A stretch of DNA of 59,435 nt, counting the filler, from Stramenopiles sp. TOSAG23-6 (lineage: Eukaryota), in the NCBI GenBank assembly GCA_900128565.1. It is 3 parts of 3 records of this genome, joined end to end, with 100 filler letters (N's around TTAATTAATTAA, not from the genome) between each part and the next. Parts side by side here need not be neighbours in the genome. Positions count along the whole stretch, not along the records: positions 39,753 to 59,435 come from LT636048.1; 2 more parts are not named here. The stretch is one strand, 5' to 3'. The notes below the pieces were generated by a model that did not search any database, was not told the DNA's origin, and was given only the letters and a program-made list of their open reading frames with translations. Positions 45,266-56,093 of this stretch are shown piece by piece. Within the stretch, counting starts at the first letter, position 1; each line of letters opens with the position of its first letter. The position numbers and the translations under genes are program-made.

Positions 45266-45773
45266 AAGACTACAGTGTTTCCTGCAACAATTTGTTAGGT
45301 TTTTATCATATAAACACGTTTCAAGAGTTGAAATAGTGAATTATTATATATATATATATATATAAACGTTTCATTGATTTCATTCTTGATTTTTTATCTA
45401 TTCATAGAACGTCATTTCAATATTTAAAAATGTAAAAAAAGAATTTCAAACGTTTTAAAAATGTAAAATATTTAAAAAAATGTAAAAAGAAAATATTCAA
45501 AAACGTATAATTGGGAAGTAGATCAAACTTTATAGAAAAAGAACTACAATCTCTCTAGTCAAAATCTAACTTTTAAAATATGTTCAAAATATGTAAAATA
45601 TAATAATAATAATAGCTTCACTTCCGTAATAAAAGAATGTAGAAAATATTAATAAAAGCTTTTTTTTCCATCTTATAGCTCAATATAGTTGATTTACGTA
45701 GTGTTAATCCCGACACCCCAATTCATTATAGATATATATATATATGAAGTGCAGGGTTAGGGTTAACGAAACT

Positions 45774-47092
45774 TCAACCGGTGCTTTCAACTCCACTCTC
45801 ATCTCCACTGCCTTCCTCCTCGTCATCAACGCCCCAGCGAAGGGCATGCGTTACCTGTGATATAACACCAGGAGCATGTATTGTGAAAAAAAAATGTAGT
45901 CAAAATTCGTTAGGTACGGAATTTCGTACGAAAAAAAAAAGATAAATTTGAAATTCAATTTTGAAAACGTACATCTTCCATTGAAAAAGCAATTGGCTCC
46001 TGTAAAAAATCTGGTAAAAGATTGACATTCTTACGGGCCACGAACTCTACTGAATCATTTATTTGGGGGAATATATGACAAATTAAAAAAAAAGTGAGGT
46101 GGAGGATTTTTATAGTAAAAAAAAAATCNAAAAAAAAAAAAAAANTTTTTTTGTTTAGGTACAAAATTTCGTACCAAAAAAATATTCAAATGAAAACGTA
46201 CATCATCCTCAGGAAGAACAATTGCAAACTCACTTGCTCTCGATTGACTGTGACAAATTGAAGTGCAAAGAAACTTTTTATGATTAGACTCATCTGCTTT
46301 AACATATAGGCCAGTTAACATTCTCATAACCTTAATTTCGTAGCTTTTTGCAGCGAGCTTTTTTTCAGTCTCCAATAAAATCTCATCTTTTGAATTTTTA
46401 GATTCAGTAGGGTTAGGGTTTGAAATTTCTTGTTCCTTATCGAAAAAAGCTAAATAGGACTCATTTGCGGATTGTAATTTCTTTATCGTTTCTTTTGCTT
46501 TATGTAACTGTTTTTCGGATTCAGTCTCACGGAGTGTTCGCAACTCATCATAATTGGCTTGCAATTCTTCCAATTTTTGACGGAGTTTCGATTCAGAGTT
46601 TGATGGCGGTAAAAGTGTCTCATTTAAAATAGAAACAATATTTTGTAAAGAATGTAGCGTTGCTGATGCCGTAGTAGTATCTTGAATTTCAAGTGATGTA
46701 CTGTCACCATCAGACGTAGCGTCCTTTGCTTCTTTTTGGATTTTTTGTTTTTTCTTATTGGCCTTGGTCTTTGTACTTTTTTTGGATTTCTTTGACACTT
46801 TTCTTTCTGAAATTTTATCAACAACCTTTTCTTCTTCAGCAACAGACTTTTCTTCATGGGAATTTAATCCCATTAGAGATATATTTACTGGACCTGTACT
46901 GAGTCGTCTCTGCTTTTTGTTTGCCATACTATCACAGTCGTCATCGTCTCGACTAACACTACGTTCTCTGGTCTTTTTCGATTTTTTTTTGGACACTTTC
47001 TTTGTCTTTTTTTCAGAAATCTTTTTTGTCCTCTTGTTTCCAGCATCTATGTTTTCTTGTGCATTACATGCACGTTTCCTTCTCGCTGGCAT
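45774..47092 (-). CDS. Mirror copy of the Csm1/Pcs1-like gene (introns 46057-46201, 45876-45972)
   Basis: Reverse complement of 52096-53414. Confidence 0.6.
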
Positions 47093-47977
47093 TACTCCGT
47101 GCAAACAGAATTTAATTGGTTAATTGGCGCGAAGATTGTTTTGTTTTTGTTTCTCTCACGAGTTCACAAAAAAAAAATNATGANTTGNANTTTTCTGAAT
47201 TTTCGCNNNNNNNNNNNTCTCTCAACGANTTCANAAAAAAAAAATAATGATTTGAATTTTCTGAATTTTCGCCAATGCATACACCAGCTAAAACAAATAA
47301 ATCGAAAAAAAGATTTCGTGTTTAAAACAAATAGACTTTGATGGCCCATCAAAAAACATCAAGAATCAAAGGTCTTTGTTTCGATTCTCGTTCGCTGCAT
47401 TTCTTTTTTCATTCTTTTTTTCATTCCAAACTGTCCATTGCTCCCAAACCCCAACCCTCTTGCCGTCTCGCTTCGCTACTTAGGCCCTACCCCTTCGGGT
47501 GATCCATACCATTTTGTTACGAGTTTGCCTTTTTTTTTTTTCGAGTGTGACTGTTGGGATTCGAACCTGGGACGTCTATCGTCTGAGCAAAAGACTGCTG
47601 TGCTGTTTGGAAGATTGTAGAAACGCTACGTATATATACATAGAATAATCAATCAAAATGTTTGGCGCCAAAAGAAACCCTAACCCTAAACATCAAAAAA
47701 AAAAAAATTAATTGTTTTAGCTGGTGACTAATTGTTTTAGCTGGTGTATATTTTGGAATTTTCGCGTCAAAAAAAACAAAAAAAGGGCGCGGACAGGTTT
47801 GCGCTTTTTGGAAAATCTTTAATTTTTTTTTGACTTCGACTTCTCTCTCTCTCTCTCTCGACAAAACATATCAATTCAAAGATTTGCATTACAAGCTTTG
47901 AGATTTCGATTGGGATTGATTCATTGCTATATTATATTAGTATTGTATTAGTCATACTGATCCCCAAATAGAAGTTT

Positions 47978-49510
47978 ATGGACACTAAAGTAGATTCTAT
48001 TGTTGAAAATTTGGCGGAGCACCTTTCACTAGATGAAATCTCAGCGCCTAATTCACTGGCAGGCGACTCTACTCCCCCTCTTCATCCAAAGTCTTCCAAA
48101 TCTCTCCTGAGAGATGTACCATTGCCGCCAAATCCTACACTTCGTAGTACTTCATCTTTTGCGTCATCAACATGTCTGTCTAGTGATCTTTCTAGGGCAT
48201 CTGATTCAAGCGTCTTGAGTGTAACTCTGAGGAGCGACAGGTCAATTGCAACCCAACTGGGTGAAGATGAAGATCATTTTGACTCAACTCTTGGATTTCC
48301 TCTACACACTTTCAAAAAAGAAGTCCGAGTCGTTCTTAATCGCACCCTTCTCGAACGCTCAAAATATTTTAGGGAAAGATTGCTCTCGGATTGGGCCGAT
48401 CAGGATGACGTTGTCATGAAATTACCGACGAGCCGCGAAGTTGATGCTATGGCTGTTGCACTCAACCACTTGGCAGCCAACGACTCAGGAGCTCAAGTAC
48501 TAGAAGAGTTGACTACCCAAAATCAATTCCAATTTTATATAGCTGCCAATATGCTTGAACTCGTAGAAATGCAAGAAATATGTGAAAAGTTTATTGAAAA
48601 GAATCTTTGTGAAGGCAGTTTTGTCACAGCTATGCAACATGCTCAAACGTTTAAAGATGAAAGGCTTGTAAAAGCAACCTGGCGTTGGTTAAAGCGTCAT
48701 GGTATTAAGGAAGTGATCAAAAGTTCTGAAATTAGTGAAGATAAAACAATTAGTTCTTTATCTGTTAATGTAAATACTGGTGACTTACATTATGTACGTT
48801 TTCATCATTTTTTTTTATTTTTCAAAAAAACATTTCATACGAAATTTTGTGCCTAACAAAAAAACAATTTTTTTTCAAAAAAAATAATGTACTTAACGAT
48901 TTTTTTTTTTTTAATCTTCGCAACACAGGGTACTCAAACGGTCACTTTAAAATTATTCAGAAAATTAGTGGAAATAGAAAATTCTGCTCGAGCTGGATAT
49001 TTTGAGCATGGAAAATTTACAGCTGAAGCGGATGCAATTCCTTTAAATACCGAAGAAAATGTACGTGTACAGTATGAATTTCATTTTTTTTTTCGTACGA
49101 AATTCCGTAGCTAACGAAACATTTTTAAAAATTTGAAATATTTTTTCAATTTTTTTTTTCGTACCAAATTCCGTAGCTAACGAAACATTTTTAAAAATTT
49201 GAAATATTTTTTCACAATATATGATGAACGTGACGGTTTCATAGGTACCACAAAATTTTGGGTAGAACGAAAAAGAGACCAAAAACTTGAAAATGATGAA
49301 AATGATGAAAATGATAAAAATGATACATTTACACAATTTAATTTGTTTGTAGAAGGAACACGAGATCTTGTCATGGCTGCACGAATTCATAAAAAAGATA
49401 CTACATTTATATTATCGAATAGTGAAACTGATTTCGAAATTCATGGTCCTCATTATATTGGTCAAGTGTCTCCGAATATGCTTGGAACAGTTTTCAAAGT
49501 ATATAATCAT
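47978..49510 (+). CDS. BTB/POZ plus Tubby-like domain protein; 3'-truncated (exons 47978-48793, 48929-49060, 49223-49510)
   Basis: BTB NRTLLERSKYFRERLLSDW...AANMLELVEMQEICEKFI; Tubby LVMAAR...FILS...YIGQVSPNMLGTVFKVY. The next intron starts at 49511, inside which the palindrome folds. Confidence 0.75.
48794..48928 (+). other. GT-AG intron of the same family (135 nt; mirror 50326-50460)
   Basis: tat|GTACGTTTTCA...CATACGAAATTTTGTGCCTAAC...GTACTTAAC...GCAACACAG|ggt; phase 0. Confidence 0.75.
49061..49222 (+). other. GT-AT intron (162 nt) with a 66-bp internal tandem duplication (mirror 50032-50193)
   Basis: aat|GTACGTG...2x[CGTACSAAATTCCGTAGCTAACG...TTGAAATATTTTTTCA]...CAATATAT|gat. Confidence 0.75.
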
Positions 49511-49555
49511 GTAGTTTTTCAATTTTTAATTCAGTTTTTTTTTTGGAGAAAATTT

Positions 49556-49589
<34 letters not shown>

Positions 49590-49664
49590 CCAAGTTAAAA
49601 TTTTTCATACTTTTAAAAAAACTAAAAATTTTTAAATGTAAAACCTTTTTTTTTTTTAACTTGG

Positions 49665-49698
<34 letters not shown>

Positions 49699-49743
49699 AA
49701 ATTTTCTCCAAAAAAAAAACTGAATTAAAAATTGAAAAACTAC

Positions 49744-51276
49744 ATGATTATATACTTTGAAAACTGTTCCAAGCATATTCGGAGACACTTGACCAATATA
49801 ATGAGGACCATGAATTTCGAAATCAGTTTCACTATTCGATAATATAAATGTAGTATCTTTTTTATGAATTCGTGCAGCCATGACAAGATCTCGTGTTCCT
49901 TCTACAAACAAATTAAATTGTGTAAATGTATCATTTTTATCATTTTCATCATTTTCATCATTTTCAAGTTTTTGGTCTCTTTTTCGTTCTACCCAAAATT
50001 TTGTGGTACCTATGAAACCGTCACGTTCATCATATATTGTGAAAAAATATTTCAAATTTTTAAAAATGTTTCGTTAGCTACGGAATTTGGTACGAAAAAA
50101 AAAATTGAAAAAATATTTCAAATTTTTAAAAATGTTTCGTTAGCTACGGAATTTCGTACGAAAAAAAAAATGAAATTCATACTGTACACGTACATTTTCT
50201 TCGGTATTTAAAGGAATTGCATCCGCTTCAGCTGTAAATTTTCCATGCTCAAAATATCCAGCTCGAGCAGAATTTTCTATTTCCACTAATTTTCTGAATA
50301 ATTTTAAAGTGACCGTTTGAGTACCCTGTGTTGCGAAGATTAAAAAAAAAAAAATCGTTAAGTACATTATTTTTTTTGAAAAAAAATTGTTTTTTTGTTA
50401 GGCACAAAATTTCGTATGAAATGTTTTTTTGAAAAATAAAAAAAAATGATGAAAACGTACATAATGTAAGTCACCAGTATTTACATTAACAGATAAAGAA
50501 CTAATTGTTTTATCTTCACTAATTTCAGAACTTTTGATCACTTCCTTAATACCATGACGCTTTAACCAACGCCAGGTTGCTTTTACAAGCCTTTCATCTT
50601 TAAACGTTTGAGCATGTTGCATAGCTGTGACAAAACTGCCTTCACAAAGATTCTTTTCAATAAACTTTTCACATATTTCTTGCATTTCTACGAGTTCAAG
50701 CATATTGGCAGCTATATAAAATTGGAATTGATTTTGGGTAGTCAACTCTTCTAGTACTTGAGCTCCTGAGTCGTTGGCTGCCAAGTGGTTGAGTGCAACA
50801 GCCATAGCATCAACTTCGCGGCTCGTCGGTAATTTCATGACAACGTCATCCTGATCGGCCCAATCCGAGAGCAATCTTTCCCTAAAATATTTTGAGCGTT
50901 CGAGAAGGGTGCGATTAAGAACGACTCGGACTTCTTTTTTGAAAGTGTGTAGAGGAAATCCAAGAGTTGAGTCAAAATGATCTTCATCTTCACCCAGTTG
51001 GGTTGCAATTGACCTGTCGCTCCTCAGAGTTACACTCAAGACGCTTGAATCAGATGCCCTAGAAAGATCACTAGACAGACATGTTGATGACGCAAAAGAT
51101 GAAGTACTACGAAGTGTAGGATTTGGCGGCAATGGTACATCTCTCAGGAGAGATTTGGAAGACTTTGGATGAAGAGGGGGAGTAGAGTCGCCTGCCAGTG
51201 AATTAGGCGCTGAGATTTCATCTAGTGAAAGGTGCTCCGCCAAATTTTCAACAATAGAATCTACTTTAGTGTCCAT
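49744..51276 (-). CDS. Mirror copy of the BTB-Tubby gene
   Basis: Reverse complement of 47978-49510. Confidence 0.7.
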
Positions 51277-52095
51277 AAACTTCTATTTGGGGATCAGTAT
51301 GACTAATACAATACTAATATAATATAGCAATGAATCAATCCCAATCGAAATCTCAAAGCTTGTAATGCAAATCTTTGAATTGATATGTTTTGTCGAGAGA
51401 GAGAGAGAGAGAAGTCGAAGTCAAAAAAAAATTAAAGATTTTCCAAAAAGCGCAAACCTGTCCGCGCCCTTTTTTTGTTTTTTTTGACGCGAAAATTCCA
51501 AAATATACACCAGCTAAAACAATTAGTCACCAGCTAAAACAATTAATTTTTTTTTTTTTGATGTTTAGGGTTAGGGTTTCTTTTGGCGCCAAACATTTTG
51601 ATTGATTATTCTATGTATATATACGTAGCGTTTCTACAATCTTCCAAACAGCACAGCAGTCTTTTGCTCAGACGATAGACGTCCCAGGTTCGAATCCCAA
51701 CAGTCACACTCGAAAAAAAAAAAAGGCAAACTCGTAACAAAATGGTATGGATCACCCGAAGGGGTAGGGCCTAAGTAGCGAAGCGAGACGGCAAGAGGGT
51801 TGGGGTTTGGGAGCAATGGACAGTTTGGAATGAAAAAAAGAATGAAAAAAGAAATGCAGCGAACGAGAATCGAAACAAAGACCTTTGATTCTTGATGTTT
51901 TTTGATGGGCCATCAAAGTCTATTTGTTTTAAACACGAAATCTTTTTTTCGATTTATTTGTTTTAGCTGGTGTATGCATTGGCGAAAATTCAGAAAATTC
52001 AAATCATTATTTTTTTTTTNTGAANTCGTTGAGAGAAACAAAAACAAAACAATCTTCGCGCCAATTAACCAATTAAATTCTGTTTGCACGGAGTA

Positions 52096-53414
52096 ATGCC
52101 AGCGAGAAGGAAACGTGCATGTAATGCACAAGAAAACATAGATGCTGGAAACAAGAGGACAAAAAAGATTTCTGAAAAAAAGACAAAGAAAGTGTCCAAA
52201 AAAAAATCGAAAAAGACCAGAGAACGTAGTGTTAGTCGAGACGATGACGACTGTGATAGTATGGCAAACAAAAAGCAGAGACGACTCAGTACAGGTCCAG
52301 TAAATATATCTCTAATGGGATTAAATTCCCATGAAGAAAAGTCTGTTGCTGAAGAAGAAAAGGTTGTTGATAAAATTTCAGAAAGAAAAGTGTCAAAGAA
52401 ATCCAAAAAAAGTACAAAGACCAAGGCCAATAAGAAAAAACAAAAAATCCAAAAAGAAGCAAAGGACGCTACGTCTGATGGTGACAGTACATCACTTGAA
52501 ATTCAAGATACTACTACGGCATCAGCAACGCTACATTCTTTACAAAATATTGTTTCTATTTTAAATGAGACACTTTTACCGCCATCAAACTCTGAATCGA
52601 AACTCCGTCAAAAATTGGAAGAATTGCAAGCCAATTATGATGAGTTGCGAACACTCCGTGAGACTGAATCCGAAAAACAGTTACATAAAGCAAAAGAAAC
52701 GATAAAGAAATTACAATCCGCAAATGAGTCCTATTTAGCTTTTTTCGATAAGGAACAAGAAATTTCAAACCCTAACCCTACTGAATCTAAAAATTCAAAA
52801 GATGAGATTTTATTGGAGACTGAAAAAAAGCTCGCTGCAAAAAGCTACGAAATTAAGGTTATGAGAATGTTAACTGGCCTATATGTTAAAGCAGATGAGT
52901 CTAATCATAAAAAGTTTCTTTGCACTTCAATTTGTCACAGTCAATCGAGAGCAAGTGAGTTTGCAATTGTTCTTCCTGAGGATGATGTACGTTTTCATTT
53001 GAATATTTTTTTGGTACGAAATTTTGTACCTAAACAAAAAAANTTTTTTTTTTTTTTTNGATTTTTTTTTTACTATAAAAATCCTCCACCTCACTTTTTT
53101 TTTAATTTGTCATATATTCCCCCAAATAAATGATTCAGTAGAGTTCGTGGCCCGTAAGAATGTCAATCTTTTACCAGATTTTTTACAGGAGCCAATTGCT
53201 TTTTCAATGGAAGATGTACGTTTTCAAAATTGAATTTCAAATTTATCTTTTTTTTTTCGTACGAAATTCCGTACCTAACGAATTTTGACTACATTTTTTT
53301 TTCACAATACATGCTCCTGGTGTTATATCACAGGTAACGCATGCCCTTCGCTGGGGCGTTGATGACGAGGAGGAAGGCAGTGGAGATGAGAGTGGAGTTG
53401 AAAGCACCGGTTGA
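52096..53414 (+). CDS. Csm1/Pcs1 (monopolin)-like protein: basic N-terminus, coiled coil, RWD-like C-terminus; exons 52096-52986, 53132-53215, 53313-53414
   Basis: YDELRTLRETESEKQL coiled coil; MLTGL.V; FLCT; spliced C-terminus LLPDFLQEPIAFSMEDAP. Confidence 0.6.
52987..53131 (+). other. GT-AT intron (145 nt)
   Basis: gat|GTACGTTTTCA...GGTACGAAATTTTGTACCTAAAC...CCAAATAAAT|gat. An alternative in-frame CAT acceptor at 53113 is also AT-ending. Confidence 0.65.
53216..53312 (+). other. GT-AT intron (97 nt)
   Basis: gat|GTACGTTTTCA...CGTACGAAATTCCGTACCTAACG...TTCACAATACAT|gct. An in-frame CAG at 53333 is a possible alternative. Confidence 0.7.
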
Positions 53415-53922
53415 AGTTTCGTTAACCCTAACCCTGCACTTCATATATATATATATCTATAATGAATTGGGGTGTCGGGATTAACACTACGTAAATCAAC
53501 TATATTGAGCTATAAGATGGAAAAAAAAGCTTTTATTAATATTTTCTACATTCTTTTATTACGGAAGTGAAGCTATTATTATTATTATATTTTACATATT
53601 TTGAACATATTTTAAAAGTTAGATTTTGACTAGAGAGATTGTAGTTCTTTTTCTATAAAGTTTGATCTACTTCCCAATTATACGTTTTTGAATATTTTCT
53701 TTTTACATTTTTTTAAATATTTTACATTTTTAAAACGTTTGAAATTCTTTTTTTACATTTTTAAATATTGAAATGACGTTCTATGAATAGATAAAAAATC
53801 AAGAATGAAATCAATGAAACGTTTATATATATATATATATATAATAATTCACTATTTCAACTCTTGAAACGTGTTTATATGATAAAAACCTAACAAATTG
53901 TTGCAGGAAACACTGTAGTCTT

Positions 53923-54588
53923 TTACTTGTAAATGGATGACTCAAATGTTTGATCTTTGGATTCTTCTTCTACAGCTGGAGGATTTGATGTAGTTGGCAA
54001 TCCTCCCTCCATTGCACTCACACTATCAGCGCTAACGCGAGTGTAAGCTACGGAAGAATTGAATAAACTCTTGTGTAATATTCTAAGGCCACGAAGAAAC
54101 AAACCCTCTCTTAAATCATCGTCGGCAACCAAATAAATAAACAAAACTAAGAATCGAATCATTTGATATGTACTTCCAAACAACATACTCGCGGTTGGAC
54201 CTACTATAGCAGTAGAAACAAGGCAAATTACGTCCCCAAGTAACTCTGTGAAGGCAAAGATGAACCAATACACAAGCCACTCTGTCTGTGTAGATTTCTC
54301 CTCAATTGCACTAATAGATCTGAATGATTCCAATAAGGGGAAAGGCAAAACAACAGCAACGTAGACAAGATGAAGGAATGTATCAGCACCAGTCATTAGG
54401 AAAATTAAAACACATAAACATACAGACACAGCAAGGACGAATCTGCCTTTTGAGACTCCAGAACTTTGCTCAACTTGTCTGAGGATTGGCTGGTTTTCAA
54501 CTTCTGAGCTGAACTTTGTAGCCACTCGTCTCAGCCGTGCTCCAAGTTTCTGTCCCATCATTCGTGTATCCCAATCATTTGAACTCAT
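53923..54588 (-). CDS. Mirror copy of the HVA22/REEP gene
   Basis: Identical to 44600-45265. Confidence 0.7.
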   Translation of the reverse strand: MSSNDWDTRMMGQKLGARLRRVATKFSSEVENQPILRQVEQSSGVSKGRFVLAVSVCLCVLIFLMTGADTFLHLVYVAVVLPFPLLESFRSISAIEEKSTQTEWLVYWFIFAFTELLGDVICLVSTAIVGPTASMLFGSTYQMIRFLVLFIYLVADDDLREGLFLRGLRILHKSLFNSSVAYTRVSADSVSAMEGGLPTTSNPPAVEEESKDQTFESSIYK

Positions 54589-55007
54589 TTTAAAAAATAT
54601 ACAATCCCTTTGATAAGAAAACCTCTTACGTCTTTAAAAGTTTTTTAAATTTACCCAGCACGCAGAGAGCAAAGCTGTGCATCTGCCGCAGCCAGTGCAG
54701 AAAAATTAACGACAATTTTTTTTTTCTAGCTAGGGTTGGGGGTATTTTAGTAAAATTATGCATTGTATTTTGCTTCACACCATGTCATTAAGAAGTAGTT
54801 CAACTACTGATTACAGCGATACAGATGGAATTGATGCCAATAAGGCTCTGACGAGTCGAACAAGGAGCGAAGTTACCCCATTGATTATAGCTTCACAGAA
54901 TTGGAGGTTTAGGGTTAGGTTAGGGTAGATCTCTCAGGCTCATTTTAAAAATCGTAACAAAAAACGTTTTAAAAATCGTAACAAAAACAAGCAATAACCA
55001 GAGAAAG

Positions 55008-55821
55008 TCACAACTTCGAATCCATACTTTCTTCTGAATAAACACCCATATATCCAGGAATCAATACTCGTTCCATTGTACCAAATATAATATTTTGAGG
55101 TACAGGTTTTCGCATCAAATTAGACACAATTTTTTCTTTCACTTTTTCTGAGACAAAAAGAATTTCAACATTTTGTGGAACAGTTAAATTGATTTCATGT
55201 TGAAAGACAGCTTCGCCATCCCAATTTGTAATGAAAGGGTTACGATTTGGAAATCTATTTACCATTGCTTTGGTGTCACAATCACCAACGGTACAAGAGT
55301 TAACTGAATCAGTGGATACATATACACCAGCTTTGTTCATTTTCCACTCCTCGAGATAGCCTACAGAATGGACCCAACAGCACTTATTTCCACCATCCAT
55401 TATCATTGCCATTACTTCACTAGTTTTATCATTTGTTGTTATGGTAGATATATTTGCAACAAGTGAATTTCGCCCAATTTTTCCGAATTGTTTCTGTGGG
55501 TTGATGAAAAAACTATCNGTATGNTTTTTCTNTTATGNCACCTGAAATAATGATGAGTACTTCATCAATTATCACTGAATGAAGCGTAGTTTCTTGGAAA
55601 AACATTGGTGAAAAATAAACTCCACCTCCAAAGCAATAATGTTCTTTCACCTTTCTATTATCTGGAGAACGTAGTTTGTATCCGTCCTCGGCAATTTGTA
55701 AAAGAGTATCAATTCTAGTTTTATGAATAAAATATATACCACTTTCTCTTTGAATTACATCAGCACCACTAATACAGTAGACTATAGATAATGCAAGAAT
55801 GCTAAATAGCCAGATATTCAT
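55008..55821 (-). CDS. Mirror copy of the secreted protein at 43367-44180
   Basis: Identical, including the Ns. Confidence 0.45.
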
Positions 55822-56093
55822 TATTCAGACTAGTATGCAGCAATTCAGAACCATAAATTAACGAATATTATGTTTATCTTATTTGTAATAGTAAAATAAG
55901 AGAGGACGAAGTGTGGCCAACTCGAAAAGAGAGACACAAACCAAACGCAAAGGCTAAATCAAATGGTTTTTTTGTTTTGAACTTTTTGAGTTGATTGATT
56001 GGCCCACACTCTAAAAGAGACGCTAAAAATACTCTAAAAGAGTGTGTTTACTTCTCAAAGAATGCTTGTAATGCTATAGAAATACTCCGAATT

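Noticed and set aside
47670-47695. Telomerase RNA template (AAACCCTAACCCTAAA)
   Set aside because: Similar runs occur at several other places and no supporting structure is evident.
49511-49743. Phe/Lys-rich ORF tails across the palindrome centre
   Set aside because: They are translations of intronic poly-T/poly-A at the fold.
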